NCBI RefSeq assembly: GCF_000148385.1 | Contig: NC_014537.1 | Coordinates: 2,280,001-2,312,000 of the forward strand | DNA: 32,000 bases | Source: Vulcanisaeta distributa DSM 14429 | Lineage (GTDB): Archaea; Thermoproteota; Thermoprotei; Thermoproteales; Thermocladiaceae | Reading direction: 5' to 3' | Shown here: one piece after another, positions 1 through 8,237 of the stretch | Numbering within the stretch: the stretch's first letter is position 1 | How the letters are laid out: each line of letters starts with the position of its first letter | The notes under the pieces: generated by a model | The model's input: the letters and a program-made list of their open reading frames with translations, nothing else | Told to the model about the DNA's origin: nothing | Databases searched by the model: none | Position numbers and translations under genes: made by a program

Positions 1-670
1 TAACGTGATCCTTGACCCTGGGCATCAGGTTAATGAATGGACTGCCCAGCCTATCAATATCTCTGGCTTGGGATAATATTATTAGGGACGATGTAGACCT
101 AATATCGACCTTGACGACCACGTCTTCACCAACCCTAACCCTGACGATCCCCGTTACCTTACCCTCGGTATAGGTTATGACCTCAATAACACCACCATCT
201 ATAGGTTCTGCTACCAGGTTAAGTGTTACGTTATTACCACTGTGTGTTACGTAAATCCTATCACTACCTGCAAGGCTGATACTTACCTTACCAAGTCTCG
301 TGGAGTCGAGAACCCTCCTCCAACCATCACCAACGAGCTTGAGGTATTCATCATGGTTATTGAGTCTTTTCATTAGGTACTGAATTGGATCCCCACTCTC
401 AACGTTCTTTACATTAATATTAACGTTAACCTCACGCCCAATACTAATAATAAGTTCGTCAAGTTTATCGAGTAGTTCATTGAAATAATCCTTGTTATTA
501 CTAATTACCTGCCTAGCCTCATCGCTATTTATCTCCAGTAATCTCTCCTCATAGCTACCATCCGGCCCAATGCCTATTATGAAGACGTACTTATCACTTA
601 TCGAGACCTTGGCATTACTCAATAATCTACCTCCAACATTAACCGAGCCAAGTGGTGCCAGGAATTCCAT
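1..670 (-). CDS. Hypothetical protein, N-terminal part only (ORF runs off the left edge of the window)
   Basis: The supplied track omits it because no stop lies inside the window. My own minus-strand translation from the ATG at 670..668 gives MEFLAPLGSVNVGGRLLSNAKVSISDKYVFIIGIGPDGSYEERLLEINSDEARQVISNNKDYFNELLDKLDELIISIGREVNVNINV...RLGSPFINLMPRVKDHV. It has no stop down to position 1 (223 codons). An in-frame TAA lies just upstream of the ATG. I recognised no family motif. Confidence 0.55.
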   Translation of the reverse strand, partial: MEFLAPLGSVNVGGRLLSNAKVSISDKYVFIIGIGPDGSYEERLLEINSDEARQVISNNKDYFNELLDKLDELIISIGREVNVNINVKNVESGDPIQYLMKRLNNHDEYLKLVGDGWRRVLDSTRLGKVSISLAGSDRIYVTHSGNNVTLNLVAEPIDGGVIEVITYTEGKVTGIVRVRVGEDVVVKVDIRSTSSLIILSQARDIDRLGSPFINLMPRVKDHV

Positions 671-729
671 TTTTATTATTACATGGTTTATTTAATCCTT
701 ATAAGCACTTGGGCGATGCATATGCCCGT

Positions 730-1491
730 ATGGGTGAGTTCAGCAATAAGGTGGTGCTAGTTACGGGTGGTACCCGTGGTATTGGTAGGGCGATTGCTGA
801 GGCATTCCTGAGGGAGGGCGCTAAAGTCGCCGTGACCTACGCCAGAAGTGATGATAAGGCCAGGGAGCTTGAGAAGATGGGTATATTGGCTATTAAGTGC
901 GATGTTGCGAATAGGGATGAGGTTAGGAGGGTTGCGGAAATAGTTGGGAGCAGGCTTGGCGATGTTAGTGTACTCGTTAATAACGCTGGTGTGATGTATT
1001 TAATGCCGTTTGAGTCATATAATGAGGAGTTATTTGATAGGATGATAGGCGTTAACCTTAAGGGTATAATCTATACAACCCTTGAATTCCTACCGCAGTT
1101 AAAGAGGACGAGAGGTGCCATAATCAATATAGCTTCAAATGCGGGTATAGGTACGGCATTCGAAGGCACTACCTACTACGCAATAACGAAGGCTGCCGTG
1201 ATAATACTCACGAAGCGCATGGCCTTTGAACTTGGGAAATACGGCATTAGAGTCAATGCGGTCGCGCCTGGTTGGGTCGAGACAGACATGACCACCGCCA
1301 ATAGGACTCCTGAGGAGATTGAGAAAACAAAGGCTCTAGTTAGGTCAAGGACCATGCTAAATACTACTGGCGTGCCTGAGGACATAGCCAACGTGGTACT
1401 TTTCCTAGCCAGTGAGAGGGCTAGGTACATAACTGGGCAAACCATTGTGGCTGATGGTGGTAGGATCGACTATTTAACCCACGGTATTTAA
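730..1491 (+). CDS. Short-chain dehydrogenase/reductase (FabG-like 3-oxoacyl reductase family)
   Basis: Track ORF 652..1491. Classical SDR motifs are present: VTGGTRGIGRAIA (TGxxxGIG), NNAG, and catalytic YYAITK (YxxxK). I moved the start to the ATG at 730 (MGEFSNKVVLVTGG). The 652 start would overlap the divergent gene starting at 670 and would encode the A/T-rich promoter region. A TTATAAG box sits about 27 nt upstream of 730. Confidence 0.9.
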   Translation: MGEFSNKVVLVTGGTRGIGRAIAEAFLREGAKVAVTYARSDDKARELEKMGILAIKCDVANRDEVRRVAEIVGSRLGDVSVLVNNAGVMYLMPFESYNEELFDRMIGVNLKGIIYTTLEFLPQLKRTRGAIINIASNAGIGTAFEGTTYYAITKAAVIILTKRMAFELGKYGIRVNAVAPGWVETDMTTANRTPEEIEKTKALVRSRTMLNTTGVPEDIANVVLFLASERARYITGQTIVADGGRIDYLTHGI

Positions 1492-1540
1492 CAAACCTCA
1501 CTACTTAATAATCCCAAGCCATTCATTATTATTTAAATCA

Positions 1541-3229
1541 ATGATGAGCCTTTCACCCACTCAGTACTACGTGTTGGCTGTACTCGCATTAGCGATAGTA
1601 TTATTGTTAATACGTGCCATTAGGTATGATGTAGTTGGTTTACTCGTAATGGTACTACTAATTGTTGGTGGTGTAATTAGCCCTGAGAAGGCCTTGGCAT
1701 TCATTGGTTCGGCCACGGTCGTGGTGCTTGGTAGCGTCATGGTGATTAGTAAGGTTCTCGAGGAGTCGGGCTTTCTCGATAGGTTAGCTGAGGAGTTAGA
1801 TAGGGTATTTAGGAATGAGTATGTGCTCCTGCTCATTGTAATGCTAATAGTTTCGTTATTATCGGGATTCATGAGTGACGTGGCCCTGGTCTCCATTTTC
1901 ATACCGTTCATGTACGCAGTGTCGAGGAACCACAATAAGAAATTATCCAAGTACCTACTCCCCCTCTCCTATGCAGCTATTGTTGGTGGTAGGTATACAA
2001 TATTCGGTACCAGCACTAATTTGATAATTGACCAGCTTTGGTACGAGAGGTTTGGTAGGTATTTATCTGTGTTTCAGTTCCTAAACATAGGCCTAGCAAT
2101 AGTCTTCATAAGCATACCCGCACTACTACTCATATACCTGTTACTGCCGAATAGGGAGAGCGTGGTCACGAGCGTCGATGACCTAAAGATCGGCGAGTAT
2201 GTGGTTGAGGCCCAGGTAAACAGTGACTGCGAGTTTGTGGGAAAGACCAAGCGTGAAGTTGAGAGGGAATATGGCATTAGAATAAGGTCAATACTACCAA
2301 GGAGGTTGTCCAGGACCGGCAGGATTCATGACGGAGCCACATTGATAATGGAGGTTCCCGTGGACAAACTACCAATAATCTCATCAATAAAGGGGCTGGT
2401 CCTGACGCCACAGTCAGAGCAGGTTGAGGGTAAGGAGGTTGTTGAGGCATTAATAACGAGTTCATCATCTCTCATTAACTATACAATATCTGACCTTGAT
2501 GTATTAAATAAGTATGGGGTTAGGATTGTGGGCATTTCCGCGGGGAGTAGGAGGATATACGGTAGGATATCTCACGTGATGCTTAGACCTGGCGATGCCC
2601 TTCTTCTGATGGGTGATGAGGAGAGTATTGCTAAGTTCATGAGTGATTATGGATTGGTGCCGCTTAGGACCAGGGGTGCCAAGCTCTTTGATGTTAGGAA
2701 AGGTGCCGCATCCATCGCAGTACTGGCGGGAGTCACGATAGCATCATTACTCGGCGTAAATATTGCCTTAGCATTCCTAACGGGCGTGGTCGTACTCATG
2801 CTTAGTGGCGCTGTTAATTATAGGAGGATTTATCAGTACATTGATTGGTCTGTACTGATATTCATAGCGTCCTTCTTATCCCTGGGCTATGCAATGAGTA
2901 GCAGTGGATTGTCTACGGTAATAGCCGGCGTGATCCCAAGGTCCTTAATAGTACTATTCCTAATAACCGCACTTATAGCTAACTTCGTAAATAACGTGAG
3001 TGCGGCAATAATAATGACGCCAATAGCCCTAACATATCCAAACCCGCTACTTGCCGTTACTGTGGTTGCGATGGCCTCCACAACCACGTTCCTAACCCCC
3101 TTCAGTCATCCAGCGAACCTACTCGTTTACAACCCAGGGAATTATAAACCCAAGGATTACTTAGCAATGGGCGCAGTACTGCTAATCTTAGTATTAATAA
3201 TTACTCTCCTACTCGTTCATGCCATTTAG
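1541..3229 (+). CDS. Ion-transporter-superfamily permease (SLC13/DASS / CitMHS-like) with two central TrkA-C (RCK-C) domains
   Basis: 562 aa. Hydrophobic multi-TM blocks sit at both ends. A soluble middle section holds two repeats typical of TrkA-C: VVEAQVNSDCEFVGKTKREVEREYGIRIRSI... and VEALITSSSSLINYTISDLDVLNKYGVRIVGISAG...LRPGDALLLMGDEESI. The substrate cannot be read from the sequence. Confidence 0.75.
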   Translation: MMSLSPTQYYVLAVLALAIVLLLIRAIRYDVVGLLVMVLLIVGGVISPEKALAFIGSATVVVLGSVMVISKVLEESGFLDRLAEELDRVFRNEYVLLLIVMLIVSLLSGFMSDVALVSIFIPFMYAVSRNHNKKLSKYLLPLSYAAIVGGRYTIFGTSTNLIIDQLWYERFGRYLSVFQFLNIGLAIVFISIPALLLIYLLLPNRESVVTSVDDLKIGEYVVEAQVNSDCEFVGKTKREVEREYGIRIRSILPRRLSRTGRIHDGATLIMEVPVDKLPIISSIKGLVLTPQSEQVEGKEVVEALITSSSSLINYTISDLDVLNKYGVRIVGISAGSRRIYGRISHVMLRPGDALLLMGDEESIAKFMSDYGLVPLRTRGAKLFDVRKGAASIAVLAGVTIASLLGVNIALAFLTGVVVLMLSGAVNYRRIYQYIDWSVLIFIASFLSLGYAMSSSGLSTVIAGVIPRSLIVLFLITALIANFVNNVSAAIIMTPIALTYPNPLLAVTVVAMASTTTFLTPFSHPANLLVYNPGNYKPKDYLAMGAVLLILVLIITLLLVHAI

Positions 3230-3324
3230 TGACATGAGTAGTAATTAGTATTTTTAAGGGTTAATGAAGTTAGAACCTGCGGGGTGGGTTTATAAACTAG
3301 ATATCTTTTTCGATATTAATAAGC

Positions 3325-3993
3325 ATGAAGATCATAGCAGCGCCAGGCCCTGTATCTTATCCATTAATACTCGCAACGAGGGAGTACAAGGACCTAGACC
3401 TGGTCTTTAGCAAGGGTAGTGAGGAACCTGGTGCCTATGCCATTGCCGATTCATTGACGTCACTAATAAAGAGTGGTCTAAGGATTGACGTAGTTACCGT
3501 TAAGAGGTTAATGTTTGTGTATCCAGAGTTGAGGGGTCCTAGGATAGCGGTTTGGAGACGTGGTAGTGCGGCTGATATACTCATTAGGGCTTTGCTGGAT
3601 AAGGTTGGTTTGAGGGCTGAGCTCGTTTATGCAGATGACTGGCCTTCAGTACTTAACATGCTTAACACTGGCAATGCGCAGAGTGCGGTTTTAAACCTCG
3701 GTGTCCTTGAGCATAGGGGTGAATTTCTCGAGGACCTAGTCGGTGCGCCGGGTGCATGTGGTGCCCAGATTAATGGTGACCATCAATACTTCATCGATGT
3801 TTATAGGGCTGGAATTGAAATGGCGAGGAAGGACTTAAACGGTTCCGTTGATTACATAGCCAATAAATTACCGATCAGGTTACCGAGAGAATTCATTAGG
3901 AATATATTAGTTAGGGTGGAGTATGGTATTTATAGTCCAGGTGATTATGGGAGTTTCGCCGAGGTTATTAAAAGGTACGGTGGCGGGAAATGA
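3325..3993 (+). CDS. Hypothetical cytoplasmic protein, possibly with a periplasmic-binding-protein type-2-like fold (archaeal DUF-type family)
   Basis: 222 aa with no signal peptide or TM segment. The N-terminus MKIIAAPGPVSYPLILA resembles the first strand-loop of MqnA/NMT1-like PBP2 folds, but this match is weak and from memory only. Its stop overlaps the downstream MFS start (ATGA at 3990-3993). Confidence 0.6.
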   Translation: MKIIAAPGPVSYPLILATREYKDLDLVFSKGSEEPGAYAIADSLTSLIKSGLRIDVVTVKRLMFVYPELRGPRIAVWRRGSAADILIRALLDKVGLRAELVYADDWPSVLNMLNTGNAQSAVLNLGVLEHRGEFLEDLVGAPGACGAQINGDHQYFIDVYRAGIEMARKDLNGSVDYIANKLPIRLPREFIRNILVRVEYGIYSPGDYGSFAEVIKRYGGGK

Positions 3994-5162
3994 CGAGAGG
4001 GCAGTACCTAGGCTTGATTCAGGCTATTTCTATAATAGTGCCGTTAACCATAGCCATTAGGGCCTCAAATAACATGCTCATGACCACCATACCACTGTTG
4101 GCCAGGTATAACTTTCACTTTAGCAATACCTTGGTGGGTATCTTATCGGCCCTAATCTCATTAATGACCTTCATAAGCAGTGGCCTAATAAATTCGAGAC
4201 TTAGGGCATGCCGTAGGAGAATCGCCTTCATAGTGTCATCAGTTATTTACGCAATCACATTTCCATTGTTCTGGCTGTCATCGCCAATCACGGTTTGGCT
4301 ATTATCTGCAGTGGCTGGTTTTGCCCTAGGCTTTCTCATGCCCAATGTCATAACATCGGCAAGCCTACTACCAGATAGGAGGGCTAGGGAGAGATTACTC
4401 AACATTTACACGTTAGCCCTAAGCGTAAGTCTCATACTTGGCCCGGCGATCGAGTCATTAATACTTAAGTACTACGGACTTAGGGAGTCCTTCATATTCT
4501 TCACGGTATTCCCAATCCTAGCCCTTGCCATAACCCCATTTGTTAGGTTCCCTGAGGAGGGCGTAAGTGGCGATGCGGCAGTTAGTGCGTCTAAGGTCAT
4601 TTCAAATTCAGGCTTCATAGCGGCAGTACTGAACATAGCCACGTATAACGTGGTCTTCTCCTTCCTAATGGCATTTGGCGGTATATACGCCAGGGACTCC
4701 TTTGGCGTTAGCTACTCAATGGTTGAGGTTCTCTTCTCACTATTCTTCGTAACGTCATTCCTCGGCAGGCTCTACCTATCGATAAGGCCTGCGGAGAGGC
4801 TGTGGCCATACATGGCCAGCGCGGTTACAATGACGGTAATCGGCATATTATTAATAGTGTTCACGAACAACCCACTGATTTACGCCATAGCCCTGCTAAT
4901 ACTGGGCATACCCCATGGTACCACCTACCCACTTTCCGTGGTATCCATATCGAGGGCCTTCAAGCCCCAGCATAGGAATGCTGCAAATAGCCTATTCTTC
5001 TCATTTATGATGCTCATAGGCATAGTAACACCGACAATAACGGGTTATGTAGCGGACTTAATAGGGATTAGGGATACATTCATCGTACTAATACCGCCGG
5101 TGATAATAGCGTTGGTATTGCTGAGGAAGTACGTTAGGTCCGTGGACATACCCCGTGAATAA
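3990..5162 (+). CDS. MFS-type transporter
   Basis: 390 aa. It is hydrophobic throughout, with about 12 predicted helices split by a short central loop (FPEEGVSGDAAVSASK). This is typical major-facilitator architecture. It is translationally coupled to the upstream ORF by a 4-nt ATGA overlap. Confidence 0.75.
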   Translation: MTRGQYLGLIQAISIIVPLTIAIRASNNMLMTTIPLLARYNFHFSNTLVGILSALISLMTFISSGLINSRLRACRRRIAFIVSSVIYAITFPLFWLSSPITVWLLSAVAGFALGFLMPNVITSASLLPDRRARERLLNIYTLALSVSLILGPAIESLILKYYGLRESFIFFTVFPILALAITPFVRFPEEGVSGDAAVSASKVISNSGFIAAVLNIATYNVVFSFLMAFGGIYARDSFGVSYSMVEVLFSLFFVTSFLGRLYLSIRPAERLWPYMASAVTMTVIGILLIVFTNNPLIYAIALLILGIPHGTTYPLSVVSISRAFKPQHRNAANSLFFSFMMLIGIVTPTITGYVADLIGIRDTFIVLIPPVIIALVLLRKYVRSVDIPRE

Positions 5163-5374
5163 TAAGCGATAGAGGTTAGGCGTTGTTTGGCTAGGTTTTG
5201 TTTAGTTCTGCTTTAACGTAAGATGGGTAACAATATGTATTAATAAATATGGAATTAATGGAGCGTTGAATTGATTAACCACGTGATGACGTTGCCATTT
5301 AATCAGATAAGTTGGTTACGGATTAAAAAATAAAGTGAGAATTAGCTCGGCGTTATAATTGATTGAGTAGTTAT

Positions 5375-6070
5375 ATGATTGGATACGTAATTAGGAGGCC
5401 TGATGTTGAGGGATTCTTCGTTAGGAGGTTAAATAGGTTTCTTGGGGTCGGTGTTGTTAATGGTAGGGAGGAGCTCATACACATTCATGACCCGGGTAGG
5501 CTAACCGAGCTCCTAAGACCCGGTGTTAAGTTCTTCGCCTACTCAAAATCCACGGGTAAGACTAGGTTCTATTTAGCGGCTGTGGATCTTGGTGATGAGT
5601 TGGTTCTTGTAAATTCTGCGGTACATAATGATGTGGCTGCCTGGCTTATTGCTAATGGGTACGTATTAAGTGGTTATGAGGTTATTAAAAGGGAGCCTGG
5701 CTTTGATAACGGTAGGTTTGACCTATTACTCAAATCGCCGGGTGGTGGTCATGCATTCGTTGAGGTTAAGGGCGTGACCCTTGAGGAAAATGGGGTCGCT
5801 AAATTCCCGGACGCACCCACGTCACGAGGTGCCAGGCACATGCTTGAGTTGGTTAGGGCTGTGGAGCTTGGTTATGAAGCCTACGTATTATTCCTAATCT
5901 TTAGGTCTAAGGCTAAGCTATTCATGCCCAATGCAGCGCTTGATCCCAGGTTCGCGGAATCCCTTAAGTACGCAATTAATCATGGGGTTAGGGCATTGGC
6001 CTACAAATTAATGCTTACAAGGGATTGGGTGATAATTCCGGTGGGTCAACTCGACATTAAAATTGGGTAA
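5375..6070 (+). CDS. sfsA: SfsA family protein (sugar fermentation stimulation protein homologue; OB-fold plus nuclease-like domain)
   Basis: Family-typical blocks are present: [60 protein letters not shown] and YVLFLI. The track starts at the TTG at 5363. I prefer the ATG at 5375 because the TTATAATT box (5353-5360) is too close to 5363. Confidence 0.85.
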   Translation: MIGYVIRRPDVEGFFVRRLNRFLGVGVVNGREELIHIHDPGRLTELLRPGVKFFAYSKSTGKTRFYLAAVDLGDELVLVNSAVHNDVAAWLIANGYVLSGYEVIKREPGFDNGRFDLLLKSPGGGHAFVEVKGVTLEENGVAKFPDAPTSRGARHMLELVRAVELGYEAYVLFLIFRSKAKLFMPNAALDPRFAESLKYAINHGVRALAYKLMLTRDWVIIPVGQLDIKIG

Positions 6071-6125
6071 GGTCAGCGAGGGTGATTTCAATCATAGGTC
6101 ATCCGCCGAAATGCTCATCACGAGG

Positions 6126-7484
6126 TCATTTCCTGGGTAATTCAGGACCCAGCATATACGTGCCCACATCACTCCTTGGGTTTAGTTCACCAGCTACTGG
6201 CGTTAGCATTAACCTCCTTACCTCATTCATGTCCCTGGTTTGTCCCAACACCCAGGAAAGCTTTACGAAGGCGACCTCCGGTATCATGTCCTCCGCGGGT
6301 ATAACACCAAGCCTAAGTAACTCCACGCCCCTCCTATAGACGTTCAGGTTAACCCTACCAAATATTGTCTGGCTTGCAATCACCACGGGTATACCGCTGT
6401 CAATGGCTCTCTTAATTGGGTCTAGTAATTCCTCCCTAACATGCCCAAACCCCGTGCCCTCAATCACGATACCGTGGTAACCCTTATCAATTAGGAAGTG
6501 CAGAATCTCCGGGTCCATACCCGGGTAGAACTTGATCAGGGCTGTCTTCTCATCAAACCTGTTCATCAATACGGTATCCTCCACCTTGGACCTGGGCATG
6601 TAGTTATTCGTGTTAAGCACTATCTCGAGCCTATCTATATTCACGTACGCCACGGGCCTATCATTAATACTAATGAACGTATCCCTCCTAGACGTGTGCA
6701 TTTTCCTAACCCTCGTCCCTCTATGAACCGCTATTAACCCATCATTCGTTGATGCATGCATCACGACATAAGAACCCGCGAAGGGTGCCCTGGCGCCAAC
6801 GAGTACGGCTGCTAGCATGTTCTCAAAGGCGTCACTTGACGGTCTGTCGCTACTCCTTTGTGAGCCAACAAGGGCTATTGGGCCCGGGGGATTCCTGATT
6901 GCGAAGGATAATGCGGCGGCTGTGTAGTGCATTGTGTCAGTGCCGTGAAGTACGACGACTCCGAAGACGCCGTCGAGGAACGCCTTGTAAGCGGCCTCAG
7001 CAATTTCAGCCCACCTCCTCGGCGTCATGTCCTCACTGAATATGGCCATTAGGTTTAGGAGCTCAATATCCGCTATGCCCTTGACCTCAGGATACATCGC
7101 GTATAAGTCCTCAAGGCTAAAGCTCGGGTACACGGCGCCGGTCCTGTAATCCACCTTAGACATTATCGTGCCACCAGTAGCCACAAGCCTAACCCTGGGG
7201 AGGCCCGTTGACTCGGACTTAACGAATTGACCAATGGGTATGGACACCGCACTCTTTGACTCAACATGGCCCTTAACCTCCACCCTCTCAATATTACTGG
7301 CGTGAATGCCCACGTTATAACCATTATCAAGCTTCAAAATCAATACATTAGGATCACCAACACCAGGCCTAGGCAATACCACGCCGTCTAATGCCGTGCC
7401 ATCCCTAAGGTAAATACGCACTAAGTCAAACTCCTTAATGCCCCACCTACTCATTAACTCACTCAGCACGGGTATCGTGTTCAT
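6126..7484 (-). CDS. gatD: Glutamyl-tRNA(Gln) amidotransferase subunit D (asparaginase-like)
   Basis: Motifs present: ATGGTIMSKVDYRTGAVYP, HGTDTMHYTAAALSF, QRSSDRPSSDA, RKMHTSRRDTF and IVIEGTGFGH. I set the start at the ATG at 7484 (MNTIPVLSELMSRWGIKEFD...), which matches the N-terminal length of the Pyrococcus GatD sequence as I remember it. The track's TTG at 7520 adds 12 unlikely residues. No gatE lies in this window. Confidence 0.9.
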   Translation of the reverse strand: MNTIPVLSELMSRWGIKEFDLVRIYLRDGTALDGVVLPRPGVGDPNVLILKLDNGYNVGIHASNIERVEVKGHVESKSAVSIPIGQFVKSESTGLPRVRLVATGGTIMSKVDYRTGAVYPSFSLEDLYAMYPEVKGIADIELLNLMAIFSEDMTPRRWAEIAEAAYKAFLDGVFGVVVLHGTDTMHYTAAALSFAIRNPPGPIALVGSQRSSDRPSSDAFENMLAAVLVGARAPFAGSYVVMHASTNDGLIAVHRGTRVRKMHTSRRDTFISINDRPVAYVNIDRLEIVLNTNNYMPRSKVEDTVLMNRFDEKTALIKFYPGMDPEILHFLIDKGYHGIVIEGTGFGHVREELLDPIKRAIDSGIPVVIASQTIFGRVNLNVYRRGVELLRLGVIPAEDMIPEVAFVKLSWVLGQTRDMNEVRRLMLTPVAGELNPRSDVGTYMLGPELPRK

Positions 7485-7522
7485 GCCTGAAATATAAGCG
7501 TTAACTAAACAATCAAACAAAC

Positions 7523-7542
7523 CTAATTAAGTTTTTAATTAG
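7523..7542 (-). terminator. Hairpin plus T-rich tract downstream of the channel gene
   Basis: CTAATTAA-GTTT-TTAATTAG forms a perfect 8-bp inverted repeat. Read on the minus strand, it is followed by GTTTGTTTGATTGTTT, and it sits directly after the stop at 7561. Archaeal termination is usually oligo-T dependent, so this assignment is tentative. Confidence 0.35.
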
Positions 7543-7560
7543 TAATTGCGGCTCAATCTC

Positions 7561-8130
7561 TCATACAGGTAATGACAAGCCCAGGGCTAGGTCAACCACG
7601 GTGGCGATTGTCAGGTACATCAACCACCAACCACCTATGAACTGCCACAACGACACCAACCTACTGAGCGTTGGTGAATTCAAGAACCTAGCCGGCGCTT
7701 CTGTGGCATAGACGAAGATTAATATTACGAATAGGATCATCACTGGGTAATCATGCACGTAGCCAAACACGAAAGCACCAAGCACGCTCAATACGAGGAA
7801 ACCCAACGCCATGAAGGCGTCCGGTAGGTTACTTGAACCGATGTACCTCTTCCAACCGAGGGCGAACCAGTGGACTCCATAGGCCGTGAAGGCAACCCCA
7901 GCCATGTAAAATACTGACGGTAGCTCCCTATATATGGAAATGGCAATTAATATGTATATACCCGTCAGGAACTGCATAAAACCCGGCATCCAAAGGCCCC
8001 ATACGGCAAGCGACTTATTAGTGGATTCATCGGTTTTTGTCGGGTAAAACAGACCCATACCACCATATACCAGATAACCAATACCCAGGCCGAAGAACCC
8101 CACGGCAACTGGCGGTAGTACGCTCGTCAC
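7561..8130 (-). CDS. Six-TM channel-like membrane protein, AceTr (GPR1/FUN34/YaaH, SatP-like) or AmiS/UreI-like
   Basis: The block WMPGFMQFLTG...GVAFTAYGVHWFALGW parallels the E. coli SatP pattern GGIAQIFAG...TAFTSYGSFWLTL as I recall it. The N-terminal PPVAVGFFGLG sits where SatP has NPAPLGLMGFG. I moved the start to the GTG at 8130 (VTSVLPPVAV...) because a TTTATAAA box (8153-8160) lies inside the track's N-terminal extension and is centred about 27 nt upstream of this GTG. Confidence 0.6.
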   Translation of the reverse strand: MTSVLPPVAVGFFGLGIGYLVYGGMGLFYPTKTDESTNKSLAVWGLWMPGFMQFLTGIYILIAISIYRELPSVFYMAGVAFTAYGVHWFALGWKRYIGSSNLPDAFMALGFLVLSVLGAFVFGYVHDYPVMILFVILIFVYATEAPARFLNSPTLSRLVSLWQFIGGWWLMYLTIATVVDLALGLSLPV

Positions 8131-8152
8131 GGTATTTGCGGTTTTAACAACA

Positions 8153-8160
8153 TTTATAAA
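8153..8160. promoter_or_regulatory. TATA box (TTTATAAA, self-complementary), assigned to the channel gene
   Basis: It is centred about 26-27 nt upstream of the GTG at 8130 on the minus strand. A second A/T box, CATTTTAAGT (8201-8210), is centred about 32 nt upstream of the FDH ATG at 8238. Confidence 0.45.
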
Positions 8161-8237
8161 TTTTTCTAGGCAAATATGAACTAATGAATGCAAATATAAT
8201 CATTTTAAGTACCTCATGAACACTATGCCTGACCAGC

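Noticed and set aside
652-729. N-terminal 26-codon extension of the first SDR (track start at 652, MVPGIPFLLLHGLFNPYKHLGDAYAR).
   Set aside because: It overlaps the divergent gene's start (670) and spans the A/T-rich promoter. The canonical SDR N-terminus begins just before the TGxxxGIG motif, at the ATG at 730.
5283-5340. Possible C/D-box sRNA in the 200-bp spacer upstream of sfsA (GTGATGA at 5283-5289).
   Set aside because: No CUGA D or D' box lies on that strand within the next ~70 nt (only CAGA), and there is no terminal stem. A single C-box-like heptamer is expected by chance.
6082-6737. Plus-strand ORFs 6082..6339 and 6498..6737.
   Set aside because: Both are antisense to gatD and have no recognisable features. 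6082 begins in the 55-bp convergent gap but runs straight into the gatD 3' end.
8131-8193. The track's longer start (TTG at 8193, MHSLVHICLEKFINVVKTANT) for the channel protein.
   Set aside because: The extension is non-hydrophobic and is encoded by DNA that contains the TTTATAAA box itself. The GTG at 8130 sits at leaderless distance from that box.
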